Shown in pieces: positions 27,463 to 28,556 of a stretch of DNA of 28,556 bases (positions within the stretch are counted from its first letter, which is position 1; each line of letters begins with the position of its first letter). Under the pieces are notes generated by a model, which ran no database searches, was not told the origin of the DNA, and was given only the letters and a program-made list of their open reading frames with translations. This DNA comes from Thermodesulfovibrionales bacterium (GTDB lineage Bacteria; Nitrospirota; Thermodesulfovibrionia; Thermodesulfovibrionales; UBA6898): NCBI GenBank assembly GCA_044450345.1, contig JBIOIY010000041.1, forward strand, positions 1 through 28,556, read 5' to 3'. The translations under genes and the position numbers were made by a program.

Positions 27463-27702
27463 ATGCAGCAGATTTGGTTCTTAATTATCGGGCTGATAGC
27501 TGGATTACTGACAGGGTTGCTCATGAAAGGCAACAGGTCCGCTCTTGCAGGCAATATGATCGTGGGAGTACTCGGCGCCTTTATCGGGGGGATGATCTTC
27601 GGTGCACTCAGCCTTTCCCCAGGTATGTTGGGTTCATACATCGCTGCTGCGGTAGGGGCGGTGGTCTTCCTGGCCGTCATGGAAGTAATGAAGAAGATTT
27701 GA
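27463..27702 (+). CDS. GlsB/YeaQ/YmgE (transglycosylase-associated) stress membrane protein
   Basis: 79 aa with three Gly-rich TMs: IIGLIAG.L, NMIVGVLGAFIGG and AAVGAVV. SD GGAGG. Confidence 0.9.
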   Translation: MQQIWFLIIGLIAGLLTGLLMKGNRSALAGNMIVGVLGAFIGGMIFGALSLSPGMLGSYIAAAVGAVVFLAVMEVMKKI

Positions 27703-27788
27703 TGGTGCAGGGACCGTCTGTTTACGTCCGGCCCCTATTTCAATAAGATCCTTTCTGCCTTAGTAAGGAGCCTAGCAAGGAATATGTT

Positions 27789-28004
27789 TTATGCGGCCCT
27801 TCGTCTCTGCCGGGGCTTAGGCTTCGCACGTTCTTCTTTTTCGACAACTCTGACCCCAAGATCTTCAAGACGCATCAATAAATGCTCTAGTTCCTGGAGA
27901 GGGAAGTGGTCTTCGGGGAACGCATCGTCCAGTTCATTGAAAAAGAGAACGCCCCTTTTCCTCCCCAGTTCCAGCAGTGCATCCTCAATATCCTTTCCTT
28001 TCAT
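27789..28004 (-). CDS. Stand-alone sigma-70 region 1.1 domain protein
   Basis: LLELGRKRGVLFFNELDDAFPED..P.QELEHLLMRLEDLGVRVVE follows the region 1.1 pattern (L...GK.QG.LTY.EVND.LP.D.....IE.I...L.DMGI.V.E). SD GGAGG 5 nt before ATG 28004. Confidence 0.8.
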   Translation of the reverse strand: MKGKDIEDALLELGRKRGVLFFNELDDAFPEDHFPLQELEHLLMRLEDLGVRVVEKEERAKPKPRQRRRAA

Positions 28005-28179
28005 AACAACCTCCTCGGCATCCACCAAATCCACGCGCAAGGTTATTTTAATTTCATTCCCTCTTTGAGATAATTGTACCGCTTTTGCAAATTATCCACC
28101 ATAACAAAAATCATCAGGACGGTAGTAGCAAAAGACATACGTATGAGGTTCAGCCCAAGATTAACCCCTGTAAGTGTCG

Positions 28180-28401
28180 TCACCCTTCCTGATCTCTGAA
28201 CAACCCTGAAATCCTCTGCAAGATCACCGCGGGAAGCAGGTCCCTGTTTTCAGCGGTCACCTCATGAATCTCTATATCCCCCCTATTTTTTATCCCGAGG
28301 ATAAACTCGTCGCCGCCGAAAGCGATCGTGCCGACGACGATATTTCGGGAGTTGAGGGCCTCGTTCGCCGCCTGTTTGAAGACCTCGGAAAAGCACTCCA
28401 T
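28180..28401 (-). CDS. Small hypothetical protein or gene remnant
   Basis: 73-aa ORF with protein-like composition and a weak SD. The upstream frame is interrupted by stops. Confidence 0.45.
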   Translation of the reverse strand: MECFSEVFKQAANEALNSRNIVVGTIAFGGDEFILGIKNRGDIEIHEVTAENRDLLPAVILQRISGLFRDQEG

Positions 28402-28556
28402 CTTACCGATCTCATCGACTGATATGTATTAAACCTGTCAAGTGGGGTGTGATTTTTTTGTCTCCTACATGACCTCCTTTGAGAATGTGTACTTCGGACA
28501 GAACAGCAGTAATGAACGACGGTAGATCACTCTGATATGCGCGGGTTGGGTACCGC

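Overview
Bacterial chromosomal window of moderate GC. Gene content suggests an anaerobe of the Nitrospirota/Desulfobacterota type (inference). No rRNA, tRNA, CRISPR array or mobile element was found. From left to right: (1) a c-di-GMP module (TM-PAS-PAS-GGDEF cyclase, multi-PAS hybrid kinase preceded by an 11-bp tandem array, REC-HD-GYP phosphodiesterase); (2) transaldolase, an FmdB zinc ribbon, a lipoprotein and a frameshifted comM/yifB; (3) a stand-alone infC with an AUA start, a cold-shock protein and a Cys-rich hypothetical protein, with several leader hairpins; (4) an orphan sigma-54 promoter in front of a ~190-nt three-helix structured RNA candidate; (5) a redox operon with twin-arginine motifs (aldo/keto reductase, DUF6599-like, DUF362, NapH/NapG-like polyferredoxin); (6) a hidden PsiE-family pseudogene; (7) a FecR-OmpA-CHASE2 hybrid kinase triad; (8) lipoprotein, VOC protein and metallophosphoesterase; (9) an operon pairing plant-type threonine synthase with plant-type cystathionine gamma-synthase; (10) a GlsB/YeaQ protein and a stand-alone sigma-70 region 1.1 protein. 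The best novelty candidates are the sigma-54-driven structured RNA (11705-11925), the plant-like O-phosphohomoserine branch-point operon (24702-27249), the infC-csp module and the free sigma 1.1 protein. All family calls come from motifs recognised by eye. No searches were run.
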